Part shown: piece by piece, positions 10,836 through 21,079 of the stretch
Layout: each line of letters opens with the position of its first letter
Position numbering within the stretch: position 1 is the first letter of the stretch
NCBI GenBank assembly: GCA_963750585.1
Contig: CAVVRH010000015.1
Location: 3,096-67,095 of the forward strand
Length of the DNA stretch: 64,000 nucleotides
Reading direction: 5' to 3'
Origin: an uncultured beta proteobacterium
GTDB lineage: Bacteria; Pseudomonadota; Gammaproteobacteria; Burkholderiales; Casimicrobiaceae
Program-made: the position numbers and the translations under genes
The notes under the pieces: generated by a model
What the model saw: only the letters and a program-made list of their open reading frames with translations
The model's database searches: none
Told to the model about the DNA's origin: nothing

Positions 10836-11549
10836 TCAACGACCGTGTTCGACCCTGCTTGACCACTCGATTTGCTCAAGAGCGGACGTGCAACGAATGA
10901 AGCCCGGTTGCCGTCGGGCGTCTACGCAAGTGCGGTGCTTCAGATGCGCGTATGCGGCGCGCGCCAAGTCAGCTTTGCACGGATTGGCGTGGCTTGCGGA
11001 TGCGCTTGCATGGCGGACTTGATGGTCGAAGACTTGGGTTGCTTTCCCGGCGCTTCCGACACTGGCATTGGTTGCGGACTTCAAATTCTTGGCGACCCCG
11101 ACAATCGCTCCGATGGCTGCTCCTGCCGCTGGGCCGACGATCGGAACGGGAATCGCCACCGCAGCACCGATTGCGGCACCCGCCGCAGCATCCTTGACCA
11201 TGTCGTGCTTCGCCAATTTCTTGGCCAGTGTTCCGGCCTCATCTGCCACTTTTGATGTGATTCTCTTGGCCTTGGCGGTGGCGATTTTCGCGTCTTCTCG
11301 TCGACCTTGCCGTCCTTGTTCAGGTCACTAACCAGTACAGCGGCTTCCCCGACCTTCTTCCCCGCAGACTTGGTGGCGGTTGCGATCCGCTGGCCGGCCG
11401 ATTTGCCGATCGCCAGGGCAGTGCGTCCTCCGCCCCTCAAGTCGTTGCGGGTCGTGGATCCAGTGACATTGACGGGGATCCTCGATGAAGCAGGGGAAGA
11501 AACGGGTTGGCTCGATTACACCTTTGGCCGCGGAAGGTTTCTTGGGCAT
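10836..11549 (-). CDS. Hypothetical Lys/Ala-rich protein with DxNxDG loop and glycine-zipper; two apparent frameshifts
   Basis: Segments 'DLNKDGKVDEK' and 'AAAGAAIGAAVAIPVPIVGPAAGAAIGAIVG' lie in adjacent frames; breaks near 11515 and 11300. Confidence 0.5.
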
Positions 11550-11616
11550 TAGTCAACTCCACACTTGTCTGGACCCAACGAGACACTGCTCCGCTTGTTC
11601 GACGTCGGATGGAAGG

Positions 11617-12170
11617 TCAGAAGCGATAACGAACGCCGACGCCGAACACCCACGGGTTGATGTCGAGCGAGCTGATGTTCCCGCTATTGAAGTTGTTCAG
11701 GCGCACGTCGTTGTCGATCCAGAGGTACTTGACGTCGAGGTTGAAGTACCAGTTCCGCTGGAACTGGTAGTCGAGGCCCGCCTGCAGCGCGCCACCCCAG
11801 CTGTCGTTGTTGACGGATGCCCCGGAGTTGTTGCCGAGATCGGTCTCGTAGAAGTAGGTGTAGTTGAACCCGCCGCCGACGTACGGCTTCACACGCGCCG
11901 AGGTCGGTGAAATGATACTGCAGCGTGAACATCACCGGCATCATCTTGAGGCGCCGAGCCCTTGCCGTTGAAACTGACGTCTTGCTTCGCCCAGGTAATG
12001 CCGCCTTCGACCGCGATGTTCGGCGTGAAGAAGTAGGTGGCGTCGAACTCGCCGGTCCATTGATCCTTGACTTCGAAGCCCGAGACCGAGGAACTGACGT
12101 CCGGGTTGACATTGACCACGCGCACGCCGATCATCCAACGGCCCCATGGCGCGGCGACGGGCGCCGTCGC
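11617..12170 (-). CDS. OmpW-family outer membrane beta-barrel (frameshifted, no signal peptide of its own)
   Basis: 'TYFFTPNIAVE', 'FTLQYHF', 'KPYVGGGFNYTYF', 'GALQAGLDY', 'INPWVFGVGVRYRF' with terminal Phe; spread over three frames. Confidence 0.85.
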
Positions 12171-12786
12171 CGACAGCCGGTGTCTGCCGCGGGCGTGATG
12201 GAAACCGCGGCGGCCTCTATGTAGGTCGCCTGCACCTGGTCGCCCACCGCGATCCGCCTGAACTGCTCCGGATCCCTGATCGGCAGATCGACCACCCTGC
12301 CCGCCAGGGCCGCGCAGCGAAATGGTCTGGCCCGCCGGGTTCGACGGCGATGACGTCGGCAACGATCACGGTCTCGTGGGTGGTGATTCCGCCCGGCCGC
12401 TGGCCGAGCTCGGCCCGCGATCCGCTCAGGATGTCGCTGCGGCTCGCCGGCGCGCCGGTGCCGCCCTTCTTGAGCTCGAGCGCCAGCGTGTCGTAGAAGT
12501 CGATGGTCACGGTGTCGCCGACGCGCAACTGCGGCAGGTTGCGCACCTCTTCGCCGGCGACGACGGTGAACGTGCTGCCGTCCGCGCGCCGCAGCGTCAC
12601 CTGGCGCGTGGCCATGTCGATGGCGGTGACGGTCGCGGTGGCGGTCACCACGCGCGACGCGTACGCGGTGCCGGGCGCAGCGACGACTGATCCACCCCCG
12701 GTCGGCTGCGCGATGGCGGGAGAGGCGAGCGCAGCGGCAATGAGGACGGCGACAATGCGGAAAGGGAACGGGCATCCGGCGTGCAT
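12171..12786 (-). CDS. Exported protein with two repeated beta-rich modules (probably N-terminal part of a fusion with the OmpW domain; frameshifted)
   Basis: AAGGAG RBS before ATG 12786, signal peptide ending 'AIA-Q', repeats 'ATVTAIDMATRQVTL...LRVGDTV' and 'ADVIAV..AGQTISL...IAVGDQV'. Confidence 0.65.
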
Positions 12787-13554
12787 GTTGACTCCTTGTT
12801 GGGACGGTTGGGCAGCCATAACGAACGCGCATCGGCACGATCCCATGCCTTGCACTTCGTAGTACACAGGACTAAGTGTACATAATCTTGCCGTCGCGCG
12901 CCAATCGAGGCCGGAAGTCGCGAATCGGCTTGCCGAATACGGAAAGCGAATGCGCAAAGCCTTGCGCCAAGTCACGCGCGAAGCTGCGCGCGTGACGGAC
13001 CCTTCGAATCTCGATCGTGAAGGCACCGCATTTACATCACCGTACGCGATGGAACGCAGATCTATTGCAAGGAATGTGGCAGCGGACGCCCCGTCGTCCT
13101 GACCGCGGACAGCTGAAAGGCGAGATCTCAGTCCTGCCGTCCAACGGTTGCTGCTGCTTGCGCACGCCGCACACGGCATCACCGACACGACATTCGCCCA
13201 CGCACTTGCTTCGTCGGCGCATTCCCGGACGAACATTAGGAATGGATGTTGGGCGCGGCTCGATTGCGACACATCGCGAGGAGTGGGGCAAGCGGCGCTA
13301 TCTCGCAACGATGCGTCGCTCACCCCGCTCCCCGAGGAGCCTCCTTGAGACCGGGCCAGGCTACCGCAAGCGAAAGTGCGAAAGATCATTGACCGAACCC
13401 GCCGCACGCCGGTGCGCGCGGAGTCAGACGTCGTCCGATTCGCGTCAGCTGCCGACGGGCTCTGTACGAACCGTCTATCCGACGTCGGTCGGGACGGGAC
13501 GGGACGGACGACAACAACTGACGTCGCTCGGTTGATCAGACTGCTTAGCCGGCC

Positions 13555-13755
13555 TTATCTTGGGTTGATCTTGGTAATCTTGTTCCCCTGTATGCCGAGT
13601 CCGGCCATGAGCCCCTTCTGGCCGAAAATGAAGGCATAAATGTCGTCCTTCGCAGTCGTGGTCGTCATCGTCTCCGCCTTGCCCTCGTCCACCACGACCA
13701 TGGTCGTACCGACCCCGACCTTGAACCCGCCGGCCTTGATTCTGATGTCAAGCAA
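13555..13755 (-). pseudogene. C-terminal fragment of a Ysc84/SYLF-like lipid-binding protein
   Basis: 'GFKVGV...VVDEG.A...TTT..DDIYAFIFGQKGLMAGLGIQGNKITKI'; N-terminal part absent. Confidence 0.65.
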
Positions 13756-13913
13756 GTCATATCACTTGCCGGTAGCACGTTGGAATGACTGCTATGAAGC
13801 GAATTGGACGCCGACGTCGACAGACAGCTTCGGGCCGGCCTCTGCCGGTCGCGAGCAATCAGGTGCCGGCCTTGTCCTGGATTGGTCTGTTTCGCGCTGG
13901 TAGACTCGGTTGC

Positions 13914-14507
13914 ATGGATACGCCCTCGATTAGCCGCTACCCCGTCCCGAAAATCGAAGACCTGCCCGTGGACATTCGCGCTCGGATGCTCGAAGTACAG
14001 GAGAAGGCGGGATTCATCCCGAATGTCTTCCTGACCCTGGCGCACCGCCCCCACGAGTTTCGCGCATTCTTCGCCTACCACGACGCACTGATGCTGAAAG
14101 AGGGCGGGCTTTCCAAGGCCGAGCGCGAGATGATCGTCGTCGCCACGTCGGGGGCGAACGAATGCGTCTACTGCATCGTCGCGCACGGCGCGATCCTGCG
14201 CGTCTACGCGAAGAATCCCTTCGTCGCCGACCAGGTCGCGGCCAACTACCGCAAGGCGGATATCACGCCGCGGCAGAAAGCGATGCTTGGCTTCGCGCTC
14301 AAGGTCGCACTGCGCTCGAGCGAAATCGGCGACGATGACTTCGCGGCACTGCGCGCGCACGGATTCAACGACGAGGACATCTGGGACATCGGCGCCATCG
14401 CTGCGTTCTTCGCACTGTCCAACCGCATGGCCAACCTGATCGGCATGCGGCCGAACGACGAGTTCTTCCTGCTGGGCCGTGTGCCGAAGGGCTCTCCGCC
14501 CAGGTAG
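13914..14507 (+). CDS. Peroxidase-related enzyme, AhpD/CMD family
   Basis: 'EREMIVVATS..N.CVYCIVAHG' CxxC motif, 'AFFALSNR'. Confidence 0.92.
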   Translation: MDTPSISRYPVPKIEDLPVDIRARMLEVQEKAGFIPNVFLTLAHRPHEFRAFFAYHDALMLKEGGLSKAEREMIVVATSGANECVYCIVAHGAILRVYAKNPFVADQVAANYRKADITPRQKAMLGFALKVALRSSEIGDDDFAALRAHGFNDEDIWDIGAIAAFFALSNRMANLIGMRPNDEFFLLGRVPKGSPPR

Positions 14508-14860
14508 GCGTGGCCACAGGGTCTCCTGGTGCGGAAAGCGACGCACGTCGAGCCTCAGTCGATCAGCTGATCGGCGCGCTGCGGGAGTGACGGCGGAACG
14601 ACGAGCCCCGGCGCCTAGACAGGCTCCTGCAGGCCTTTCCGAAGCGATTCATGCCACGGATCGCCGGGCCTGTGTTCGCCGATCGCACCCAACCGGACGA
14701 CTCTTCTGGTGCGCTGCGCGATGGTGTCGAGCGTCACGCCAAGAAGCGCCGGGCCGAACTACAACACAGGTGCGGCGACGATCGCAAGCGCGCTTACCCG
14801 CCTGCGACGTCGAGATCAGGACTTGACGCACCATGAGGCCCAATCGCAGCCGCGCGAGAT

Positions 14861-15730
14861 TCAACCCAGGTACTGCTTGAACCACGCGGTCGCGCGCTTC
14901 CAGCCGTCCTGCGCCTGCGCCTTTCGGTAAGTCGGGCGATAGTCGGCATGGAAGCCGTGCGGCGTGTCGGGGTAGATCACCCACTCGACGTTCGTGTTGC
15001 CTCCTGCCTTGACCGCATCGCGGAACTTCTCGGCCTCCGGCTTCGGGATGCCGTCGTCGGCGCCGCCGTACAGCCCGAGTAGCGGCACCTTGATCATTGC
15101 GGCGACGTCGAGCGGTACCTTGTCGCCGGGCGCGAAGTTGCCCAGCGACCCGTACCACGCGACCGCGGCCTTGAGATTCGGATTGTGCGCGGCGTACATG
15201 AGCGTCACGCGCCCACCCCAGCAGAAGCCGGTGACGCCAAGTTTGCTTGCGTCCGCCTTGCCGGTCGTCCTGGCATATCCGACGGTGGCGTCCAGATCGG
15301 CAAGAACCTGTGCATCGGGCGTCTTGGCGACGATGCCTTCGACAATCGACTGAATGTCCTTGGCCTTGCGCGGGTCCCCCGCACGCGCGAAGAGTTCCGG
15401 CGCGATCGCGAAGTAGCCGAGCTTCGCGAATCGGCGACAGACATCCGCGATGTGCTCGTGCACGCCCCAGATCTCCGATATCACGAGGATCGTCGGGAAG
15501 CCGGTACCGGTCGCGGGCATCGCCCGGTAGGCGGGCATAGCGCCGTCCTTCGTCGGCACCTTGACTTCGCCCGCGACGAGCCCCTCGGTCGAGGTCTTGA
15601 TCGTCTGTGCGGAGACAGGCAGCACCGCCAGCGCGAATCCCGCGCCCAGCGACGTGACGACGAACCCGCGCCGGTCGAGTCGCTTTGCCGGCACGAGGCT
15701 GTCCAGATGCGAATGCACGTTCGAAGTCAT
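14861..15730 (-). CDS. Dienelactone hydrolase family protein with Tat-like signal
   Basis: 'DRRGFV' twin-arginine, 'EIWGVHEHI', nucleophile 'GFCWGG', 'HGFHADYRP'. Confidence 0.92.
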   Translation of the reverse strand: MTSNVHSHLDSLVPAKRLDRRGFVVTSLGAGFALAVLPVSAQTIKTSTEGLVAGEVKVPTKDGAMPAYRAMPATGTGFPTILVISEIWGVHEHIADVCRRFAKLGYFAIAPELFARAGDPRKAKDIQSIVEGIVAKTPDAQVLADLDATVGYARTTGKADASKLGVTGFCWGGRVTLMYAAHNPNLKAAVAWYGSLGNFAPGDKVPLDVAAMIKVPLLGLYGGADDGIPKPEAEKFRDAVKAGGNTNVEWVIYPDTPHGFHADYRPTYRKAQAQDGWKRATAWFKQYLG

Positions 15731-15796
15731 GCTTCCTCCAATAAGAATCGCCCCACGAGCGCGGACCGAACGGCCCGGGCGAGCAAACGACGGACG

Positions 15797-17083
15797 TCAG
15801 GATTCGGAAGGCGCTTCGTACACGACCTGGCCGTCCACCAGCGTCCAGCGCACCTTGCCCTGCATCTCCAGCCCGAGAAATGGCGTGTTCTTGCCCTGGC
15901 TGCGCAACGCAGCTCGCTCCACCCGCCAAGCTGCATCAGGGTCGAAGATGCACAGATCGGCGGGTTGACCGACGGCAAGCCGCGCCGCGTCGATGCCAAT
16001 CACCGCGGCGGGCTGTCTCGAGATGCGCGCAAGCGCCGTCGAAAGCGGCATCCCGGCCTCGATCGCCCATTTGAGCGTCAGCGGCAGCAACAGTTCCAGA
16101 CCCGTAGCGCCGGGTTCCGACTCGGCGAACGGAAGCTGCTTGGCGTCATCGTCAACCGGCGCATGGTCCGAGCAGATCGCGTCGATCGTTCCGTCGGCCA
16201 CGCCTGCGCGCAGCGCGTCGCGGTCGCGCGTGCCGCGCAGCGGCGGCACGAGGTGAGCCTGCGGGTCGAACCAGCCGATGTCGACGTCGCAAAGGTGCAG
16301 ATGATGGACGGCGACGTCGCAGGTGATCGGCAACCCGCCTGCCTTCGCTTCGCGCACGAGTGCGACCGCGCCGGCAGTCGACAGGCGACACAGGTGTGCG
16401 CGGACACCCGTTTCTCGCACCAGTGCAAGGATGGCAGCCGTGGCGAGCGTTTCCGCGGCCGCCGGAATCGCCGCAAGGCCGAGCCTGCTCGCAACCTCGC
16501 CCTCGTGCGCGACGCCGCCGCGGCCGAGGTGAGGGTCCTCCGGCCGCAGCCACACGCGGTGGCCGAACGTGGCCGCGTATTGCATTGCGCGCCACAGCAC
16601 CTGCGTGTCGAGAATCGGCGCATCCGCCTGCGAAAACGCGACACAGCCTGCCTCCGCGAGCTCGCCCATCTCGGTCAGCGACTGGCCCTTGAGCTGCACG
16701 GTAAGCGCGCCGACAGGATGCACGTGCGCTCGATTCAGCGTGCGCGCCCGGTGCTTCAGCATTTCGACGAGGCCAGGTTCGTCGAGCGGCGGATCGGTGT
16801 CGGGCGGGCATGCGAGGCTCGTCACGCCACCCGCCACTGCCGCGTCCATCTCGGATTCGAGCGTTGCCTTGTGCTCGAGTCCCGGCTCGCGCAGCCGCGC
16901 CGAGAGGTCCACGAGCCCCGGACAGGCTACGAGCCCCGCGGCATCGAGCACACGATTGGCCGACCACCCCGCCGGCGCCTCGCCGATGCCGGTGATGCGA
17001 CCCGCGGCGATGTAGATCGGCGTCACCCGGTCGAACCCCCTTGCCGGATCGATCACGCGCGCATTGCGGATTTCGATCTTCAT
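15797..17083 (-). CDS. pyrC: Dihydroorotase-like protein (likely the non-catalytic PyrC' partner of ATCase)
   Basis: 'PGLVDLSARLREPG' lacks the HxH metal ligands; 'SDHAP', 'GKNTPF'; directly after pyrB. Confidence 0.9.
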   Translation of the reverse strand: MKIEIRNARVIDPARGFDRVTPIYIAAGRITGIGEAPAGWSANRVLDAAGLVACPGLVDLSARLREPGLEHKATLESEMDAAVAGGVTSLACPPDTDPPLDEPGLVEMLKHRARTLNRAHVHPVGALTVQLKGQSLTEMGELAEAGCVAFSQADAPILDTQVLWRAMQYAATFGHRVWLRPEDPHLGRGGVAHEGEVASRLGLAAIPAAAETLATAAILALVRETGVRAHLCRLSTAGAVALVREAKAGGLPITCDVAVHHLHLCDVDIGWFDPQAHLVPPLRGTRDRDALRAGVADGTIDAICSDHAPVDDDAKQLPFAESEPGATGLELLLPLTLKWAIEAGMPLSTALARISRQPAAVIGIDAARLAVGQPADLCIFDPDAAWRVERAALRSQGKNTPFLGLEMQGKVRWTLVDGQVVYEAPSES

Positions 17084-17087
17084 CTGG

Positions 17088-18047
17088 CTAATTGCCCGCG
17101 ATGATGCTCATCACCGCCATGCGCACCGCGATGCCGAACGTGACCTGCGGCAGGATCACCGAGCGGTCGCCATCGGCGACGGCGGAATCGATCTCAACGC
17201 CACGGTTCATCGGACCGGGATGCATCACGATTGCATCGGGCTTGGCACGGGCGAGCTTTTCGGGCGTCAGGCCGTAGTGCTTGAAGTACTCGCCTGTCGA
17301 GGGCAGCAGAGCGCCCTTCATCCGCTCGCTCTGCAGACGCAGCATCACGACGACGTCGCAACCGGACAGCCCCTCCCGCATGTCGTGGAAGACGCGCACG
17401 CCGAGCGACTCGACACGATGCGGAAGCAGCGTGCGTGGGCCGATCACGCGCACGTCCGGCGCGCCGAGCGTGGTCAGCCCGTGGATAAGCGAACGCGCGA
17501 CGCGGGAGTGCAGGATGTCGCCCACGATCGCGACCGACAGATTGCGGAAGTCGCGCTTGTAATGACGAATCGTGTACAGGTCGAGCAGCCCCTGTGTCGG
17601 GTGCGCGTGACGCCCGTCGCCCGCGTTGACCACGTGCACGTGATCGCGTCCGGTGGCGTCGAGATGCGCCGCGATCAGGTGGGGCGCACCGGACTCCGCA
17701 TGCCGCACGACGAACATGTCGGCATTCATCGCACAGAGGTTGTCCACCGTGTCGAGCAGCGTTTCCCCCTTGGATGTGGAGGAGACTCCGATGTTCAGAT
17801 TGATCACGTCCGCCGAGAGCCGCTTGGCGGCGATTTCGAACGTCGTGCGCGTGCGGGTCGAGCTCTCGAAGAACAGGTTGAAGACCGCCTTGCCGCGCAG
17901 CAGCGGCACCTTCTTCACCTCCCGCTCGGCGATCGACACGAACGGCGTCGCCGTATCGAGAATGTGCGTGATGACGGCGCCGGGAAGCCCCTCCAGCGTC
18001 AACAGATGGGTGAGTTTTCCGTCGGAGTTGAGCTGGGGATTGCGCAT
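17088..18047 (-). CDS. pyrB: Aspartate carbamoyltransferase catalytic subunit
   Basis: 'FFESSTRTR', '[12 protein letters not shown]', '[11 protein letters not shown]'. Confidence 0.97.
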   Translation of the reverse strand: MRNPQLNSDGKLTHLLTLEGLPGAVITHILDTATPFVSIAEREVKKVPLLRGKAVFNLFFESSTRTRTTFEIAAKRLSADVINLNIGVSSTSKGETLLDTVDNLCAMNADMFVVRHAESGAPHLIAAHLDATGRDHVHVVNAGDGRHAHPTQGLLDLYTIRHYKRDFRNLSVAIVGDILHSRVARSLIHGLTTLGAPDVRVIGPRTLLPHRVESLGVRVFHDMREGLSGCDVVVMLRLQSERMKGALLPSTGEYFKHYGLTPEKLARAKPDAIVMHPGPMNRGVEIDSAVADGDRSVILPQVTFGIAVRMAVMSIIAGN

Positions 18048-18053
18048 GGCGGG

Positions 18054-18551
18054 TCAGGAAGCGCCGGGTTCGACGGCGAGCGACAGGGTGCCGCCCTCGG
18101 CACGGGACAGCACGATCGAAAGGTCGCGCGCGACTGCGACCCGCGCGCCGACGTAGGTTGGCTCGATCGGCAGCTCGCGCCCGCCGCGGTCGATCAGCAC
18201 CGCGAGCTCGATCGCCGCGGGACGACCGTAGTCGAAGAGCTCGTTGATCGCCGCGCGCACGCTGCGGCCGGTGTAGAGCACGTCGTCGATCAGCACGATC
18301 GTCGCGCCCGCGACGTCGAACGGCAGGTCGCTGCGCCTGGCGCCGCCCTTGAGTCCGGCGCTTGCATAGTCGTCGCGGTAGAACGAGGCATCGATGAAGC
18401 CGAGCGGGTGGTTGCCGGGTATCGCCGCCGCGAGCCGCTCCGCGAGCCAGGCGCCGCCCGAGTAGATGCCCACGAACGCCGCGTCGTGCGCGACCGCCGA
18501 GCGCATTCGTTCTGCGAGCGCAACAAGTGCGGATTCGGCATCAGGCAGCAT
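18054..18551 (-). CDS. pyrR: Pyrimidine operon regulator / UPRTase PyrR
   Basis: 'FYRDD', 'LIDDVLYTGRSVRAA', 'DRGGRELPI'. Confidence 0.93.
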   Translation of the reverse strand: MLPDAESALVALAERMRSAVAHDAAFVGIYSGGAWLAERLAAAIPGNHPLGFIDASFYRDDYASAGLKGGARRSDLPFDVAGATIVLIDDVLYTGRSVRAAINELFDYGRPAAIELAVLIDRGGRELPIEPTYVGARVAVARDLSIVLSRAEGGTLSLAVEPGAS

Positions 18552-19008
18552 GGGGCGCAGCGTCGAAGTAGGCCTGGAGGATCAGTTGGGCTGCAACCGC
18601 GTCGCGTTCTGAACGCCCGCGGCGCCCGCCGCGCCCGCTCGCGGCGAGCCGGGCTTCGGCTTCCTCGGTCGTGTAGCGCTCGTCGACGAGCGACACCGGA
18701 AGCCTGAATCGTCCTTCGAGCTGACGTGCGAACCGCCGTGACCGCGTGGTCATCCCGTGCGGCGTGCCGTCCGCATGTACCGGCAGGCCGACCACCAGGT
18801 GTTGCGGCCGCCACTCGGCGATGAGCGCGCCGATTGCCGCAAAGCGCTCGTCGGCGCGCTCGTGCACGATCGTCGTGAGCGGTTGCGCCGCACGCACGAG
18901 CGTGTTGCCAACCGCGACGCCAACGCGCCGGGTCCCGAAATCGAAGGCAAGCACTGTGGATTCTCGGGGCGGAGATTCGGAAGGGCCGGTCACGGCGCCT
19001 GTCGGCAC
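18541..19008 (-). CDS. ruvX: Holliday junction resolvase-like / pre-16S rRNA nuclease YqgF
   Basis: 'LAFDFGTRRVGVA', 'VVGLP', 'VDERYTT', 'DAVAAQLILQ'. Confidence 0.93.
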   Translation of the reverse strand: MPTGAVTGPSESPPRESTVLAFDFGTRRVGVAVGNTLVRAAQPLTTIVHERADERFAAIGALIAEWRPQHLVVGLPVHADGTPHGMTTRSRRFARQLEGRFRLPVSLVDERYTTEEAEARLAASGRGGRRGRSERDAVAAQLILQAYFDAAPHAA

Positions 19009-19053
19009 GATTCCGATGCGTCAGCCTCCGCGGCGCTTGCGCGTGCCCGCTCG

Positions 19054-19617
19054 TCAGGCATGCCCCACGTCCTCGGACAGTTGCGAGAAGTCGATTCCGA
19101 GGAGCTGCATCGCTGCAGGCAGACGCGCCTCGGGTGGCAACCGGAACAGCACGTCGGTGTCGGCCGCGACGGTGAGCCACGCGTTCTGCGCGAGCTCCTG
19201 CTCGAGCTGGCCCGCGGACCATCCGGCGTAACCGAGGGAGACCAGTACGTTGTTCGGACCCTCGCCACGGCCGACGGCCTCGAGGATGTCCCTCGATGTC
19301 GTGAGCCCCAGCTCGTCGCTTATTGCGAGTGTGGACTGCCAGTTGCCGAGCGGACGGTGCAGCACGAAGCCGCGGTCCACCTGCACGGGACCACCGAAGA
19401 GCACGGCCGTCTCGCGCAGTACCGTGTCCTCGAGGGGAACCTCGATCTGCTCGAATAGCGACGACAGCGTCATGTCGATCGGTTTGTTGACGACGATACC
19501 GAGAGCACCTTCCGGGTTGTGCTCGCAGACGTACGTCAGCGTGTTGGCAAAATGCGGGTCCGCCATGGCCGGCATGGCGATCAGGAAATGATGGGTGAGA
19601 TTGACGGTGGCACCCAT
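19054..19617 (-). CDS. yqgE: YqgE/AlgH family protein
   Basis: 'FLIAMP.M.DP.F', '[11 protein letters not shown]', '[18 protein letters not shown]', ends 'GHA'. Confidence 0.93.
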   Translation of the reverse strand: MGATVNLTHHFLIAMPAMADPHFANTLTYVCEHNPEGALGIVVNKPIDMTLSSLFEQIEVPLEDTVLRETAVLFGGPVQVDRGFVLHRPLGNWQSTLAISDELGLTTSRDILEAVGRGEGPNNVLVSLGYAGWSAGQLEQELAQNAWLTVAADTDVLFRLPPEARLPAAMQLLGIDFSQLSEDVGHA

Positions 19618-19690
19618 TGCAGTATGTTGCATTGTAATCCGTGCCGCGGGGGCGGCAAAATCGCGCTTTACACACGCGCAACCGGAACCC

Positions 19691-21079
19691 GTGTTCGCCC
19701 GCCACGCTACGACCGCCAGCACCGGCAAGTCGTTCCGCACGCACGCTACATCGCTGCGCGCGATACTCGCGGCTATCGCCTTCGCGTTACCGCCTTCCGC
19801 CAGCGCAGGCCTTGTGCTGATGCACGGCTATGTCGACTACACGAGCGCGCTGCTTTGGATCCAGACGAGCAGGCCAGGATCCGTCGAAATCGCCTGGAAC
19901 GCCGAGGGTGCGACGGACGCGAAGACCCTGCGCGTCGATACGTCCGCTGCCGAAGACAACGTGGCCGTCGCGCGCCTGACCGGACTCGAACCGGGGCAGC
20001 TCGTTCGCTATCGCGTGAGCGGGGACGGCGAGCGGCGGGACGGAACGCTGCGAACGCAGGCACAATGGGTAAAGAACGATGCCGCGCCCGACATCACGAT
20101 CGCATTGGGGTCTTGCTTCTTCCTCGCCGACCCCGATCCACGTTGGGGCAAGCCGAACTACGGCGGCGGCTTCGAGATCTTCGCTGCGATCGCCGCGAAG
20201 AAGCCCGATTTCATGGTGTGGCTCGGCGACAACCTCTATTTCGAGCAACCCGACTTCCTGGATCCGGCGGCGCTCGCCGCGCGCCATCGGCGCCAACGCG
20301 GCTTCTCGCCGCTTTCGACGCTGCTGACCACGACTTCCCATCTCGCGATCTGGGACGATCACGACTACGGCCCGAACGACAGTGACGCGTCGTACACGAT
20401 GAAGGGCGAGACGTTGAGACTCTTCCGCCGTTACTGGGCGAACCCGAGCTACGGTCTGCCGGAGACACCGGGCATATTCGGCTATGCGCGGCTGGGCGAC
20501 GTCGACCTCTTCCTGCTCGATGACCGCTACTACCGTTCGGCGAACAAGACGAAGGACGGCCACGGCAAGACGATGCTCGGGCAGGCGCAGCTCTCGTGGC
20601 TGAAGGCGGCGCTCATCGGTTCGAACGCACGGATCAAGCTGATCGCGAATGGCAGCCAGTTGCTGAACCGGGCGAGCCGGTTCGAAGGCTGGCACCAATT
20701 CCCGACCGAGCAGCGCGAATTCCACGCGTTCCTGATCGACCAGAGGATCGAGGGCGTGATCTTCCTTTCGGGCGACCGGCACTTCGGCGAGTTGCTGCGC
20801 ATCGAACGCCCGGGCGCCTATCCTCTGTACGAATTCACCTCGAGCCCGCTCACCTCGTCCCCGTGGGAAGTGCCCGAAGCGAACGAGCGTCGCAATCCCG
20901 ACGTCGTCCCCGGCACGCTGATCGGCAAGCGGCAATTCGGCGTGATCCGCGTGACGGGCCCCGCGAACGACCGACGCCTCGAGCTGTCCAGCCACGACCA
21001 ACAGGGCGCGGAGCTCTGGCGGCACGAATTGCGCGCGCGCGACCTGCGATTTCCACCCACCGCCGGCGCCGCGAAGTGA
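19691..21079 (+). CDS. Alkaline phosphatase D (PhoD) family metallophosphoesterase
   Basis: Signal peptide; 'LGSC', 'WLGDNLY', 'WDDHD', 'LLDDRYYR', 'LSGDRH'; start uncertain (GTG 19691). Confidence 0.88.
   Translation: MFARHATTASTGKSFRTHATSLRAILAAIAFALPPSASAGLVLMHGYVDYTSALLWIQTSRPGSVEIAWNAEGATDAKTLRVDTSAAEDNVAVARLTGLEPGQLVRYRVSGDGERRDGTLRTQAQWVKNDAAPDITIALGSCFFLADPDPRWGKPNYGGGFEIFAAIAAKKPDFMVWLGDNLYFEQPDFLDPAALAARHRRQRGFSPLSTLLTTTSHLAIWDDHDYGPNDSDASYTMKGETLRLFRRYWANPSYGLPETPGIFGYARLGDVDLFLLDDRYYRSANKTKDGHGKTMLGQAQLSWLKAALIGSNARIKLIANGSQLLNRASRFEGWHQFPTEQREFHAFLIDQRIEGVIFLSGDRHFGELLRIERPGAYPLYEFTSSPLTSSPWEVPEANERRNPDVVPGTLIGKRQFGVIRVTGPANDRRLELSSHDQQGAELWRHELRARDLRFPPTAGAAK

Noticed and set aside
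13139-13254. attC-like ends GTCCAAC ... GTTGGGC in the islet
   Set aside because: Interior is not palindromic, no L boxes, no integron integrase
12840-13550. Short ORFs in the islet spacer, also at 14510-14860, 60320-60600 and 62700-63050
   Set aside because: No RBS, motif or convincing composition; likely non-coding or eroded
15797-17083. Dihydroorotase lacking metal-binding histidines as a novelty
   Set aside because: Matches the known non-catalytic PyrC' subunit encoded after pyrB
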